DNA of 63,179 bases, the filler included, from Hyphochytrium catenoides (taxonomy: Eukaryota; Protista; Hyphochytriomycota): NCBI GenBank assembly GCA_900088475.1. It is 5 parts of 5 records of this genome, joined end to end, with 100 filler letters (N's around TTAATTAATTAA, not from the genome) between each part and the next. Parts side by side here need not be neighbours in the genome. Positions count along the whole stretch, not along the records: positions 1 to 29,190 come from FLMG01004394.1; 4 more parts are not named here. One strand, 5' to 3'. The position numbers and the translations under genes were made by a program. The notes under the pieces were generated by a model. It did not search any database. It saw only the letters and a list, made by a program, of their open reading frames with translations, and was not told the origin of the DNA. Below are positions 10,269-21,830 of the stretch, piece by piece; the stretch's first letter is position 1, and each line of letters begins with the position of its first letter.

Positions 10269-12569
10269 TTAAGTGTGCACCGGCATAAACCGGTAGCCAT
10301 TCCAGATCTGCGGTGTGCGCTGATTCTGCTCTCCCGCCTGCTTAGAGGGCCTACTACTGTCGACAGGAGCATTTGTTTTGGCGTCACACCACTTTGTGCT
10401 TTCAATCACTCGACGTTGGCTGTCACTCTTCTGCGACGCACTGCCCCCGTGTATAGTCTCTTCTTCACGGCATTGACTCTCTGCTCCGCCTTGAATCGTT
10501 GCTCCGCCAACCAGCACATTGTTTAAGGTTGAACTTTCCCGGACTATCCAGTTGCCACATTGAGGGCATCCCACTCTGCCAAGGTAATGAAGCCAATCTC
10601 TCGTCCCGCTGCTGCTACTCTTTGACACTGTTTCTTTATCATCAGTGGCCTCTTTTGTAGGGATTGCCGCTGGAACATGGATCCTACTTTGGCCTGTGGT
10701 CCCGCTGGCCGGGATCACTATCTTAGAAGGGCCAGTCTTGTTCCGCTTCTTCTTCCAGAAGTAGATTGAGCTCTGCAAGGAGAGACAAAGAAGTGACGTG
10801 TAGATTGGTCCAATCGTGTGCACGACAACGTCACCTCGGAGGTACATACAAGGTCCAATATCTACGCCGCAGCCAGGCAACACCAGCCACCAGAAGGAGC
10901 TAACCACCCAGTTACTTAGGCGGAAGAAAAATAGGAAGTCAATATTGAGTAGCTGGACGGACTGAACCGCAGTTCCAAGCACTAACATTGAGATGTATCC
11001 AAGAACTCCGACGTCCACTATTCCAGTGAGTCTTCTCCTGCCGAGCCATGTACTTGCCAGGCGATCCAAGGCGTGATAGATCACCTGGAGTGCGGCCTCA
11101 TGGTAAACTACCATTCCCAGGGCTTGCCAAGCAGCTAGGGGCATTGTCACCGCTGAAGCAGTCAGGATTTCTGAATAGATGGCGCCCAACACTTGTCTCA
11201 CCACGGCCAAACCAAAATACCAAGGATCATTGTTGGCCACAGCTACACCAATGGAAGCTGCAGCAAGTAGGTCCTGCAGGTTATCTAGACCTCCTGGACT
11301 CTTGGCGTTTGCTCTCTTTGCGCCAGAAGAGACTTCTCTTCCAGCGGAAGGTACGGCCTTCTTTGGCGCTCTGGAGTGACTGAGATTGCCCAGTAGTCCA
11401 CTTGCCCTCCACCACCCTGCCTTCTTCTTGGGTGACTTGGATGTAGAAGTTGACCCGTCTCGGTAGTCTCGTTTTTGGGCCTTCAGCTTTCGGTTGCATT
11501 CGCCCCTGAGATGCGCTAGGCTGCTCTTAGTGACCTCTATGGCAGTACGGAAGTATGCTATTCTCATAGCGATGGAAAGGAGTATCCAACAAAGGCCAGA
11601 CGCCCGGATGCGGTTCCAAATAACCTCCAGGCGCTGAAGTATCCACCGCAAATCGTCACGTCTCATGTCCGTATCGCTAAAGTGAATACATGGGAAGGAC
11701 CATCCTTTCAAAGGATCCGGCCTTGTGATGGCCCATATGCACACACTCTTGACTCCAGCCACCTCGAGCCTGAAGTAGTACTTCTCTCGCTGATGGCACA
11801 TGGCCATAATGTCAGTAAGGTTTGTAAATACAGCCGAGCCCTTACAAGGATGAGATATGTGGCTCACAATATACCTCTGATCAAAAAGCAGTTCGCCGTG
11901 CCTGTTACAGAGAAGGAGATCCAGTAGTTGGTTCGTGAGAAAGCTGCCGGTCTCTTCCAATGAGCTATTTTTTAGGTCTAGATGAACGGGTGCCCCTCTT
12001 CTTGCCAAGTCTTGCTCGATCTTGTTCGTTCTCGCCATCACCGCATTCAGAGCCTGGAAGCCTGCATAGATGTAATACTGGCCGCCCGGCACAGCACCGC
12101 AGTAGTCCGAGCCATCATCCTTGATGAACCCCCACGCCATAGTGACAATGGACATTTCTTTAAGAGCGGATGGAGAGATGCCTGTTGACTGCTCATTTAA
12201 CACATTCGAGCTTGACTTGAGCATCTGCGTAGTCATATCCATGGACTCAAAAGAGTAGTCTAAGCTTGCAAGCGTGACAAGGAAGATTGCCAACTCAATA
12301 AAGATCCATAGTGTGCCCAGAAAGTGGAATCTGGGCATTGAGAAGACTATCTTTTGGCGCACATGGAGATGGTCTCTCTCAAACAGAAGTCTTTTCCAAG
12401 AAGGCTCCGTGTTGATGGCCATGACCATGCTGGTGGGTATCGGCTGTGCAGAATAGTCTCCCAAAGCCCCTCCTCTGTTGAGAGACGGTGCCTCATCATC
12501 CTCTTCACTTTGATAAGGTCTGCAACTTTTATCTCCAACTTTGATTGACTTTTGCTTAGCGCTGCTCAT
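10269..12569 (-). CDS. Uncharacterised Cys-rich multi-pass membrane protein, paralogue 3 (766 aa)
   Basis: ATG-initiated ORF with PRFHFLGTLW, DYSFESMDMTTQMLKS, DYCGAVPG, FDQRY, HLRGEC, ANND, DVGVLGY, RGD, GCPQCG and terminal GYRF. Confidence 0.9.
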   Translation of the reverse strand: MSSAKQKSIKVGDKSCRPYQSEEDDEAPSLNRGGALGDYSAQPIPTSMVMAINTEPSWKRLLFERDHLHVRQKIVFSMPRFHFLGTLWIFIELAIFLVTLASLDYSFESMDMTTQMLKSSSNVLNEQSTGISPSALKEMSIVTMAWGFIKDDGSDYCGAVPGGQYYIYAGFQALNAVMARTNKIEQDLARRGAPVHLDLKNSSLEETGSFLTNQLLDLLLCNRHGELLFDQRYIVSHISHPCKGSAVFTNLTDIMAMCHQREKYYFRLEVAGVKSVCIWAITRPDPLKGWSFPCIHFSDTDMRRDDLRWILQRLEVIWNRIRASGLCWILLSIAMRIAYFRTAIEVTKSSLAHLRGECNRKLKAQKRDYRDGSTSTSKSPKKKAGWWRASGLLGNLSHSRAPKKAVPSAGREVSSGAKRANAKSPGGLDNLQDLLAAASIGVAVANNDPWYFGLAVVRQVLGAIYSEILTASAVTMPLAAWQALGMVVYHEAALQVIYHALDRLASTWLGRRRLTGIVDVGVLGYISMLVLGTAVQSVQLLNIDFLFFFRLSNWVVSSFWWLVLPGCGVDIGPCMYLRGDVVVHTIGPIYTSLLCLSLQSSIYFWKKKRNKTGPSKIVIPASGTTGQSRIHVPAAIPTKEATDDKETVSKSSSSGTRDWLHYLGRVGCPQCGNWIVRESSTLNNVLVGGATIQGGAESQCREEETIHGGSASQKSDSQRRVIESTKWCDAKTNAPVDSSRPSKQAGEQNQRTPQIWNGYRFMPVHT

Positions 12570-14892
12570 CTTATCTATGTCTGAGCGCTCGCCGTTAAAC
12601 TGAAGTGATAGGTTGACACTGCCTCCTGTCCACGCTGGCGGTGTCTAGGTTTTCGTGGAGGTCTTCCAGCAGCAGGGCGTCAAGCGGTAGGGCACTCTCA
12701 TGGTCCTTAGAGGCAAAATTCCAGCCATGATGAGGTGATTGATGAGGCCCTGATAAGTAGTCTTCCCGTGAGCTCTTCCTTTTCAGCATATACTTGCGGC
12801 CCAGCCAAGGTATACCTATCTATCTCATTCATCCAAACCTCCGCTGGCCCTAGTACCCGTCGATGCAGCACCTATGAAGAAGGTGGCCACCACTAAAGAA
12901 CGGTCGTGGTATCCACCTCCCTTCCACTCTGCAGCGGATGCCTTCTAGCGGATGCCTTCACTCTGCAGCGGATGTTCTCGACGAGCTCCTCATCCTCCCT
13001 TGAGTGCAGGAGTTCCTATGTTGAGTCAATCACTCTTCTAATCGAGGATCCGAGATCGCATCGAGCAGCTTGCGAGGATGGGGCAACAACTGGCGACAGA
13101 CAGAGAAACTTATCGCCATCGGAGCAACGCTGCGCTATAGTTTGTTTGTCCGCGCTATTGTACTTTCTAGTGCTTTGTTCCTGTCTCTTGAGATTCAGTG
13201 CGGGCGGTGGTAACAGGACAACAGACATGTAACGGCGAGCGGCACAGGGTGGATGGGCACTCGGGCATCAGACCGGATTGGAAAGCCTTAACACATTGTG
13301 AATTCCTGTCGAGGGCTGGGTGGGTTTACAGTGTAGATAACCTGAGCTCTAAAGGAAGATGAGGATTGGACTGAGTGCTCGGTTTATGAAAACAATTGGT
13401 TGATCATCATCACAAGGGCGGCATTGCTGTTGTTGGCAGCGTCTCAGGCCTCCTGCTGGTCCTGGCTCCTGCTGTCGGGGAGATGGCGGCAGGAACGAGG
13501 GCTGGCTTGTCATCTTGGTCTCCAGGCGTCAGTAGCCAGTTGCCAAATCTCAGCATAATGCTGCTATTCTTCCATCCAGATAGCGACCAGGTAGTAGTAT
13601 CGACAGCGTCAAAACCGATAGCAGGAAGCGAAGAACCTGCCTGCTGCTGTTAATTATAGCTTGAGAGGACAGCAGCAAGCACTAACAGCCTGCTGGTGTG
13701 CGCAGCTACTGTAGATGCTGCGATGCCAAGAAGATAATCGTCGGTCACCTGTGCTTCGAGGCCCAACTGTGTCAACCCTTACTACCCTATTTGTATATGA
13801 TCTCTTACGGTCGCTATAGTCCACCGGAGCTTGCTCTTCTTCATCACTACCACCACACCCGGAGAGTGTGCGAGAGTAGTGTGCGCTGTTAAGAGCCCTT
13901 TCCTTCTAGAGTCTCCATAGCAAGCAATATTCCTCTTCTTTATCTCTTGTTCCCACGCTCTTCTTGGCCTATTTCTTGGAATTTTGTCCTTGCTTCCATG
14001 ACCTTTTTCTCTTTCTTCCGCCTCTTTACTTCATCCCCTTTCTTCTACTAGCCATCAGTTTATTGGCGTTTCTCTTGTCCTCTGAGACGATAGATCTCTT
14101 GGTGACCATTCAAGGGTTCTATATCACTTCTGTTCTACTCTTACGTAGAGTGTTTTTCTATCTCCTTTCTCTCTGCATCATATCAACCTCATCGCTTTTC
14201 ATGCTTAGGATTTATAGTACGTAAGGTTCAGTAGTCTATCAAGCTCTTCTCTTTGAGCTCATAATCTTCATTCATCTCATTCTGCTGTTTGCACTACGAT
14301 CGAGAAGGCCTCTCAAATGCTTTGCCATCTCATCATGCGACAGCGGTTGATGTGCCAACAAGGAATCTGCCAAATTTCAATTGCCTTGGCTTTGTACGCC
14401 CGTCATCAGTTGAAGTCGCTAGCACGCGAGAGCAGGAGAGTCTAAGGCACACAAACACAGCATGGGAGGCTGCTACCAACGCAGACTACCAGCAAGTCCA
14501 TTGACCCCAATCTAACACCATCCATCGTTAACCAATTGGATTATTCTGATCTCACTCGGGAGAACTGGACTGACAGCCAAGTATTATCCGGGGATAGATT
14601 GTCTGCTGGACGGCCGTTGGCTAAATGTAGGAAAAAGTTTCACTCATCTAGCACTCACTTCTCATAAAGGCAAGCAAAAGGTTGACCTTATGCAATAGGC
14701 GCAGAATGGATTGGCTGAATAAGAAAGAGCAGGGTTGAGGCTAAGAAGTATGGGCGCAACTCTCTCGCTGCTACCATTATATATGGACACTGCGTGGCGT
14801 TTGAAGCGAATGGACTCAAAACTGGAGTGCGCCGGTAACAATAGCATCTGGAGGAGGAACTTATAGCGTAGCGGTTATTACTAGGGTGTGTC

Positions 14893-15285
14893 GGCTGGGT
14901 CAAGCGAAGGGAGGCTCTTGGCCCAGGCGCATTATTTTAAGTTATAGCCGTGTCCTAACTCACTCACTAACGAAAAACAACTAAGCGTTAAGTACGCACT
15001 CCTTACCACCTCACCTACATAAATAAATACCTACTATCATCTACCTCTAGCATTGGTCCAAGAAAGCCGCATCGATGGCCGCTCGGTTGACTGTTCTGCG
15101 GCAGTGCATAGCTCTAGTCACCGTTGCTTCTTCTATCCGTTGCCGCTGTGTCTAGATTTGAGCAGGCGGCAGAGGCTGAGGCTGACCGAGGAAATCTGAA
15201 AGTGACGTAGGAGGTCAGCCCCATCCTACACCCGCGCCAGGAAAACCTAATATCTCTCCCTGAATATTCCACCGTCCCTAACAAT
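14893..15285 (+). repeat. Dispersed ~400-bp repeat family A, copy 1 (possible solo LTR or non-autonomous TE)
   Basis: Blocks ggctgggtcaagcg..ttggcccaggcgcat, ggcggcagaggctga and gaggtcagccccatc recur at 20268-20675 (+) and 23095-23449 (-). Confidence 0.7.
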
Positions 15286-17276
15286 CACCAACTATAGAAA
15301 TGATCTCAAACATACCTACACCCCTGCTTCTCTAGTTGCATCCGCTTGTCGACCAACAGTAGAGGAAGGAAGCAATGGAGGTTGATATATCAAAGAAACC
15401 ATTGAACGACAAGGGGGCGCAACCAAAACCATCTTGACATACAAGAGGATGTACAAAAACCTTCGGACAGATCTGTGTGACCACCTGGGACCTGTGGCCA
15501 CTCGCCCATTTGACGCAGTACTTGGCCTACGGCGGAGAGTCTTGCTTAATGCTTCTCTAGTCTGATTATATTCCTTGAAGCTTGTAGCTCTAAGATCAAG
15601 AGATATCCCCTGGTGGCACCGACACAGCTCGCCGCTGCGCCAATGAATCGCACCTTCTCATCTTCTATTCGTGCGATGTCCGTTTCCTTATGCTGTGAGT
15701 CACACTCTGATACACATAGGATACGAACCGAGGAGAGAAGATGGCGACAGCATAATAGATCCTCTCTCTTCTCTTTCCCGTCTTTCCCTACGATAGTATC
15801 GCATCATGGCTTTTCGAGATCTTTATTTCTTCATCACTCTGTTTCCATGAAGCTACCATCTTATACTATTGTCCCGCTACTCCTCCCCATCCTCCTCCGC
15901 TTCCCTCTCGTGTCATCGTCTTCTCTGATCATCGCTCTCGCCGTCCTACTATTATGGATAGTAGTGAGTCCTCTTCTTCTTTCATCTGCTCTGCTACTTC
16001 CCACTTCTGTGTCCACTCGACCCTTTAGCCCTTCTGCCTTTCTCCTCCTCTAGAAGCTTTATTTTCCTCCGCCGTCTACAAGTGGTCCTTTGCTCTTCCT
16101 GCGTCCACTTTCCTTGCTCGTCTTAGGCTAGCTGATGACGTCTTGTTGTCTAGTAGTACCGGTCTCCGTTCTTCTCTTCTTCAATCTTTGGTTTTCTTCA
16201 GGTCAAGTGGTCGTGGTGGGGGATAGCTGCTGCTTTTGTTGCGAGCTTGATGGTGATGAGCTTTTGACAGCTCTGAAGTTCTTAGTGGTCATCAATGAGA
16301 GTGATGGTAGGAGGAGCTGCCGCCTTTAGCTATAAAAAGAGAGACAGAGCCCCTCTTGCGTTTTCGCTTGTTATTAACAGCGGTCAGTCACTCCAACAGT
16401 GCGGCGGGTGGCCGTTACTGGCATGACAGGCTGGCCGTTACTAGAGTGCTATTTTGGTGGCTCAGCTCCCAACCTCAGCCCATCATCAGCAGGATCCACC
16501 CCTTCCCTTCCCTTCTGCATAGCCTCATAGTTATGCCCAGCCGCTTTCCTTCTACACAGAGAGAGGGACGGCCCTGCGACTAGCTCCTAGTAGTGGCCTG
16601 TCGTGCTGATACGCTTTCCTCCTTCTTTCATTACAGATTCCCTTCCCTGCTATATTGTAAATTCTTGTCGTGCAACCTTCGGATCTCTTCGGTACTGGCC
16701 CGATGCTGTCTACCACTCGTGGCGAGATATGCCTCTGCTAAGCTGCCCATTTGTCCCTTAAGCTCAGCTGCAAGTGTCCTCAAGTGGACGGCTCTATGTG
16801 CAGGGCTCTATGCGCACGGCGTGCGTGAGGATGCCTTCTCCCGACCTGGTCGGGCATGTCATCGGATGCGAAGGAGATAAATGAAATGACCTATGCCGAC
16901 TAGCTAGACCCAATCGGCCTTTTCTTCGATGGCACTGAGCCGTGATTCTAGCGCCGCTTCTCTGTCCTTTGTACGGAACGTTGCCGCACTCCTTCGTCAA
17001 GGTCATCCTCTTCTTGTTTACACTACAGCGTCTTTATAGGTGGCGTAAAGCAAGATTCACTGACGTATGTCGGCATGACACAAACTGCATAAAAGCGACT
17101 GCGAAGTCAAGGACCACGAGACGGTGGACAACCTTCCCTTACCGTCTTAAACGCGCGGTTCAGGCTAGGCAATGGCTCTCCCAAAGAGAGGCGATCAACC
17201 GTTGGGTCCCTCCTCAGCTTAGACGAAGCTTCTCAGTGACAAGAAGGAGTTTGCCAAAGTTAATTCATGGTCTAGA

Positions 17277-19394
17277 ATGGGAGACATGTCAGGCCAGGAA
17301 GCAAAGAAGAGTTCGCAAGCGCATGGGTTCATTTCCCATCGCCTCTCATCCTGCTGGAAAAATGTTATTCTCCACCGCAGGGACGTCCATATAACGCCTG
17401 GCCAATTGTCGCTACCGCGGTTCCACCTTTTCGGTGCTTTATGGATTGGACTGGAGCTCCTTATCTTCATTATTACACTGACGCAGATGGACTACTCCTT
17501 TGAATCGATGGATATGACCACGCAGATGCTGAAGTCACGCTCAGACCAACAAGCACTTCTTCAAAATCAAGAGCAAGAGCTCCGAGAAAGTGGAAAAAAG
17601 CTGGAAGACATGTCATTTGTCACGATGGCGTGGGGCTCGGTTCGAGACCCATCAGACTATTGCGGAGCCATACCAGGTTCTCAGTACTACATATACGCAG
17701 GATCACAGGCACTTCGGGCTGTCCTGGCCTCCTCTAGCAGTGATCATGACCACCGCAGCCTGAGCGAGAGCATAGTTTGGCCAATTACTCGGCAAGCAAA
17801 TCGAAGACAACCTAGCGCTGAGACTAAGGGTGCAAATAGCATTACTTCTTCACCAGCTTACGTAGATGGAGAGGAAGAGGCTTTCACGAGCAAGCTTCTA
17901 GATTTGCTTCTCTGCCTGCGAATGGATGAACCACTTTTCGACCAGAGGTATATTGTCAGCAATAGCATTCATCCTTGCAAGGGGCCCGGAGTCTTTCTAA
18001 ACCTTACCGCTGTTTTGGGGCTCTGCAAGAGCAAAAAGGACTTTCACGTGAGACTGGAAGTTGCAGGCGTCAGAAGTCTATGCATCTTCGGCATATCAAA
18101 GACGGATCCATTGAGCAGCTGGTCAGTTCCGTGTATAAGGTTCGGGACAAAAGATATGGAAAGTCCCGATCTTTTGTGGATTCTCCCTGAGCTTGAAGGA
18201 TTGTGGAACCGGATAAAACTTTCTGCTTGGTCTTGGATTCTTCTCTCCATTTTGATGAGAACGGTGTACTGTTGGACAGCAGTACAGGTCACGCGGAAAA
18301 GCTTGACTCATCTGAGAACCGAATGCCAAGCTTATTGTGTACGTCCATCCAAGAGTAACTCATTTCAACTGGCTAAAACAGCAGAAGAGTCAGTGCTGTC
18401 ATCTGTAGGGGAGTCAGAATTCGAAGAATCGAGACAAGCAGACCCGTGTGCTATATTTGGCATCTCGAGTGTCGATCTACGAAGGTTTTTAACAGCTGCT
18501 TCGCTCGGTGTGGCTTGCGCAAACAACGACGCTTGGTATCTGGGACTAGCGGTGCTTAGACAGATCCTCGGCGCAATATACGGCGAAATATTGACAGGCT
18601 CGGCGGTGACAACACCATTGGCCGCTTGGCAAGCCCTTGGCATGGTCGCATATCATGAAGCAGTCATCAAGCTTGTGCAGTATGGACTAACTACTTACAG
18701 AATCACCGGCAGGAATAGAGCACCATTATCTGCAATTACCGATGTGGGCATCTTAGGTTACATGTCGATGTTACTATTGGCAACGACAGTGCAGCTGATC
18801 CAGCTATTTGATATTGACCTCTTCTACTTCTTCCGCTTGGTCAACGCCATCATCGCGGTCAGTTGGTGGCTCATCTTTCCTGCTTGCGATGTTGATGGGC
18901 CTTGTCTCTATATGCGAGGAGACATCATGATACACACACTTGCAGCTGTGTATACCTCCATCTTCGTGATAGCTTTATTCGCCGCAAAGAGGGCTTGGAG
19001 GGGCCGATTGTGGAGCCATGCATTTCACCCCGACGTGATCTTTTCCTGGCACCACTACTTGGGAATTATTGGATGTCCACACTGCGGCTGCGCGCTGCTC
19101 CGGGCGAGCGCGGTACTAGAGAATTCTGCTATAAAGAAGAAGGAAGAAATTTTCCTCTCTTGCAAGGACCAAGTCTATCTCGGGTCTGCAGCGGATAGTG
19201 AAGTCAAAACCACTTCTGCAGGAATAAAAGGACGTCCATTACGGAAGGAGATAGGTATCTATGAAGAGGAAACAAGCATAAAGACGTCGAAAGTAGTAGC
19301 GCACCGCCTGCCTCCTCTTCCACGACGAGAGGTCAGGAGGTATAGCTTCCTGCCAATGAAGGAGATAGAGACATTCTTCGGCTACCCCGGCTAA
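17277..19394 (+). CDS. Uncharacterised Cys-rich multi-pass membrane protein, paralogue 4 (705 aa)
   Basis: ATG-initiated ORF with PRFHLFGALW, DYSFESMDMTTQMLKS, DYCGAIPG, EPLFDQRY, HLRTEC, ANND, DVGILGY, CDVDGPCLYMRGD, GCPHCG and RYSF. Confidence 0.9.
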   Translation: MGDMSGQEAKKSSQAHGFISHRLSSCWKNVILHRRDVHITPGQLSLPRFHLFGALWIGLELLIFIITLTQMDYSFESMDMTTQMLKSRSDQQALLQNQEQELRESGKKLEDMSFVTMAWGSVRDPSDYCGAIPGSQYYIYAGSQALRAVLASSSSDHDHRSLSESIVWPITRQANRRQPSAETKGANSITSSPAYVDGEEEAFTSKLLDLLLCLRMDEPLFDQRYIVSNSIHPCKGPGVFLNLTAVLGLCKSKKDFHVRLEVAGVRSLCIFGISKTDPLSSWSVPCIRFGTKDMESPDLLWILPELEGLWNRIKLSAWSWILLSILMRTVYCWTAVQVTRKSLTHLRTECQAYCVRPSKSNSFQLAKTAEESVLSSVGESEFEESRQADPCAIFGISSVDLRRFLTAASLGVACANNDAWYLGLAVLRQILGAIYGEILTGSAVTTPLAAWQALGMVAYHEAVIKLVQYGLTTYRITGRNRAPLSAITDVGILGYMSMLLLATTVQLIQLFDIDLFYFFRLVNAIIAVSWWLIFPACDVDGPCLYMRGDIMIHTLAAVYTSIFVIALFAAKRAWRGRLWSHAFHPDVIFSWHHYLGIIGCPHCGCALLRASAVLENSAIKKKEEIFLSCKDQVYLGSAADSEVKTTSAGIKGRPLRKEIGIYEEETSIKTSKVVAHRLPPLPRREVRRYSFLPMKEIETFFGYPG

Positions 19395-20267
19395 ATATTA
19401 AGAATTCGTTCACTGACTGTACGATGAGTCCTCCTTGCATCTGTGACGACGTCTCCTGGGCAGCTACTTCATACTTCCTAGGTCAAGCTGAGTTGCAATC
19501 GGCATTGTCTGCGTTGTCCTTCTTGCTCTCTTGCAGTGGTGTACCTCCAATTAGGGCAGGTTAGCTTGGCGCTAAGGAAGGAACTTCTAGGCTGGCACAG
19601 ATAGACTGCTTTTGGATGTTAAGTTAGGGTTGCCTCTCCATGATTACATGCATACCCTAGCACTAAGAGATTTTCTCCAATAAGCCACTTCCTCCAATTG
19701 CTGTCCTTATGCCCACGCTGCAAAGTACGAGAGGCCCCTCATTGGTGGTTGTGGTTGACGCGTGTAGTTTAAGGTTTGGGCGTATGTTCTTCGAACGCCA
19801 AGTACGGTGCTTGCATTCTCAGTATCAAGGAGGAAGCCTTTCAAGAATAAATGCCCAGAAGAGAAACCCAGACATCCAGGCAGAGTCTCCGTCGGCCTTT
19901 ACTGGATATGATCCGAGTATTCGCAGGACCTATATCTATGTATAAATTTATTCGGCCCGCCGGGTTACCTGACTCTCCCGTCAATTTGCTGTCCGCCAGT
20001 TCAGAATGAAACGACCTTGCAACTGAACCCTATATCCTACTCTCAGCTTCTCTTGGCGTTCGGAAGGAATTATCCTGCTGTCTGGACCGCAGACGTTCCT
20101 ATCAATCTCGCTTTTTCTACACATAAATAATCATCTTGCAACAGTTTCTTTCTTGTGAACCGCCGCGCCCCGCTGTTCTGAAAAGAGCACAGGGATGTAT
20201 AAGCCTCAGGCTTGGGGATCAAACTTTCACGCTTGCCATACTAGCCTGGGAGCTTTTCTTGCCGGCT

Positions 20268-20675
20268 GGCTGGATCAAGCGGAAAAAGGCTATTGGCCCA
20301 GGCGCATAATTAATAACACTCGTGTCCTAGCCCATTCAGTAAAGAAGAACTAGGGCGTTCGGTAAAGAACATACTCCTTTCGAGCACGGGTAACGGGCAC
20401 TCTCACCTGTCTACCGGGTTATATAGTTAAGCACCTCTGGTCCAGCTTGAGGAGAAATCAGGGAAAGGATGGGCAGGCTCCGTGTTGACTCTTCTTCAGT
20501 ACTGCATAGGTGTAATTAGCTGTGCCTCCGTATCCGTGGCTTCTGTGTTCTCCGTTCTGAGCCGGCGGCAGAGGCTGAGACTGACTGAAGCAATTCTGAG
20601 AGTGGGCGAGGTCAGCTCCATTCTCTTACCGTGCGAGGGGAAAATAATTATGCCCCCCGATCTACCGTGCTAATG
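20268..20675 (+). repeat. Dispersed repeat family A, copy 2
   Basis: Colinear similarity to 14893-15285 (ttggcccaggcgcat, cgtgtccta, ggcggcagaggctgag, gaggtcagc). Confidence 0.7.
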
Positions 20676-20699
20676 CCAATATCTAGCCTGAAGGCTAAT

Positions 20700-21830
20700 A
20701 ATAATACCTGGAGGGGGCTGACATCTAGACTGGCTTAGGCTGGCAGCTAAGGCGGGCACTTAGGGTAGCGCCTATTTTGGCGCCTATGCTGGCGCCTACT
20801 CTGGCACCGAAGACTGACAGAAAGCAGGTAGTTAGCACGAAGACGTATTCCAATAAGGTTGGCGCCAAGGCAGTTTAGAGTTAAACTGAGGCCTATGCTG
20901 ACATTCTCGGCTGCTTTAACGTTAGGATAATAGAACCCAAGTGGTACACATGATGGCAGGGAAGAAAGGGCTAGTCCAGTGTATTTCAAGAGAGCGTGTA
21001 GGAGATTTGGAGCAAGTCTGTTTCTTCCCATCATCATCATCATATACGTTTGAGGTTCTAACCCTACGAACTAGCTGTTGGTTCACTCTAATTCTAAAGG
21101 GGCACCAGGCGGGCATCAAGGCGAACACCACGGTTTCCTGGTAAGACTGACACGACGCGCATTACTGTTGTTGGCACTTAGAGCTTCCACCAAGACCGAT
21201 ACCAGAGTTGTTTGGCACCAACGTTAGCATCTAGACTCGCTCTTAATGCGGTTGGCATCAAGCCTGGCACTAAGCGAGATACGTAGACAGGCACCTTCGG
21301 TCGGCATAAGGTGAAGTGGCCCAGTTGGCACCGGACAACACCCATCGGGGCTTGTGGTTATGTACGGTACCTAGAAAAGTACTTAGACTGAATCTAGACA
21401 GCTAACGCTGGTAAGAAAGCTGGTACCGACCCGGAGACCTAGGGTGCATCTAGGTTAGTCATACCCTACTGGTACTTAGATCATGGACACCTATTAGTAG
21501 ATGGGCACCTCGGTTTCTGGCGGATCGCAAAAGCTGGCTACCTACGCTGGCACCTAGAGCTGGTAACAGCCCTGGGTTAAGCCGGCACCCAGACCAGGAT
21601 CCCCGTCGTGAGACCTAGGCTGCCAACTACGCGGCACTGCTAATATGGCGCCTCGTAAAGTAAGTGTGGCGCCTGAATATGCATGGTAGCTACCCTGGCA
21701 CCTATGCTGCTATCCCCTCGCCACCTAGGTTGGCACCTAGACTGGCACCCTGGCACACCATGGTTAAAATTTACACTGGAAAAGTGGTCTGGCACCAAAG
21801 CTAGCTGGTTTCTAAGCTGGTAGGTAGGGG
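20700..21830. repeat. Degenerate minisatellite built on a ~12-nt GGCACC(C/T)AGGCT-like unit
   Basis: Dense recurrence of ggcacc, ctggcacc and cctag motifs; a related block occupies 25140-26160. Confidence 0.6.

Noticed and set aside
13900-14290. E/K-rich minus-strand coiled-coil-like remnants (also 23700-24230, 26600-27050)
   Set aside because: Riddled with stops; cannot be distinguished from purine-rich low-complexity DNA without alignment.
20700-21830. CRISPR-like repeat/spacer pattern
   Set aside because: Units are short, degenerate and irregularly spaced; eukaryotic context and no cas genes.
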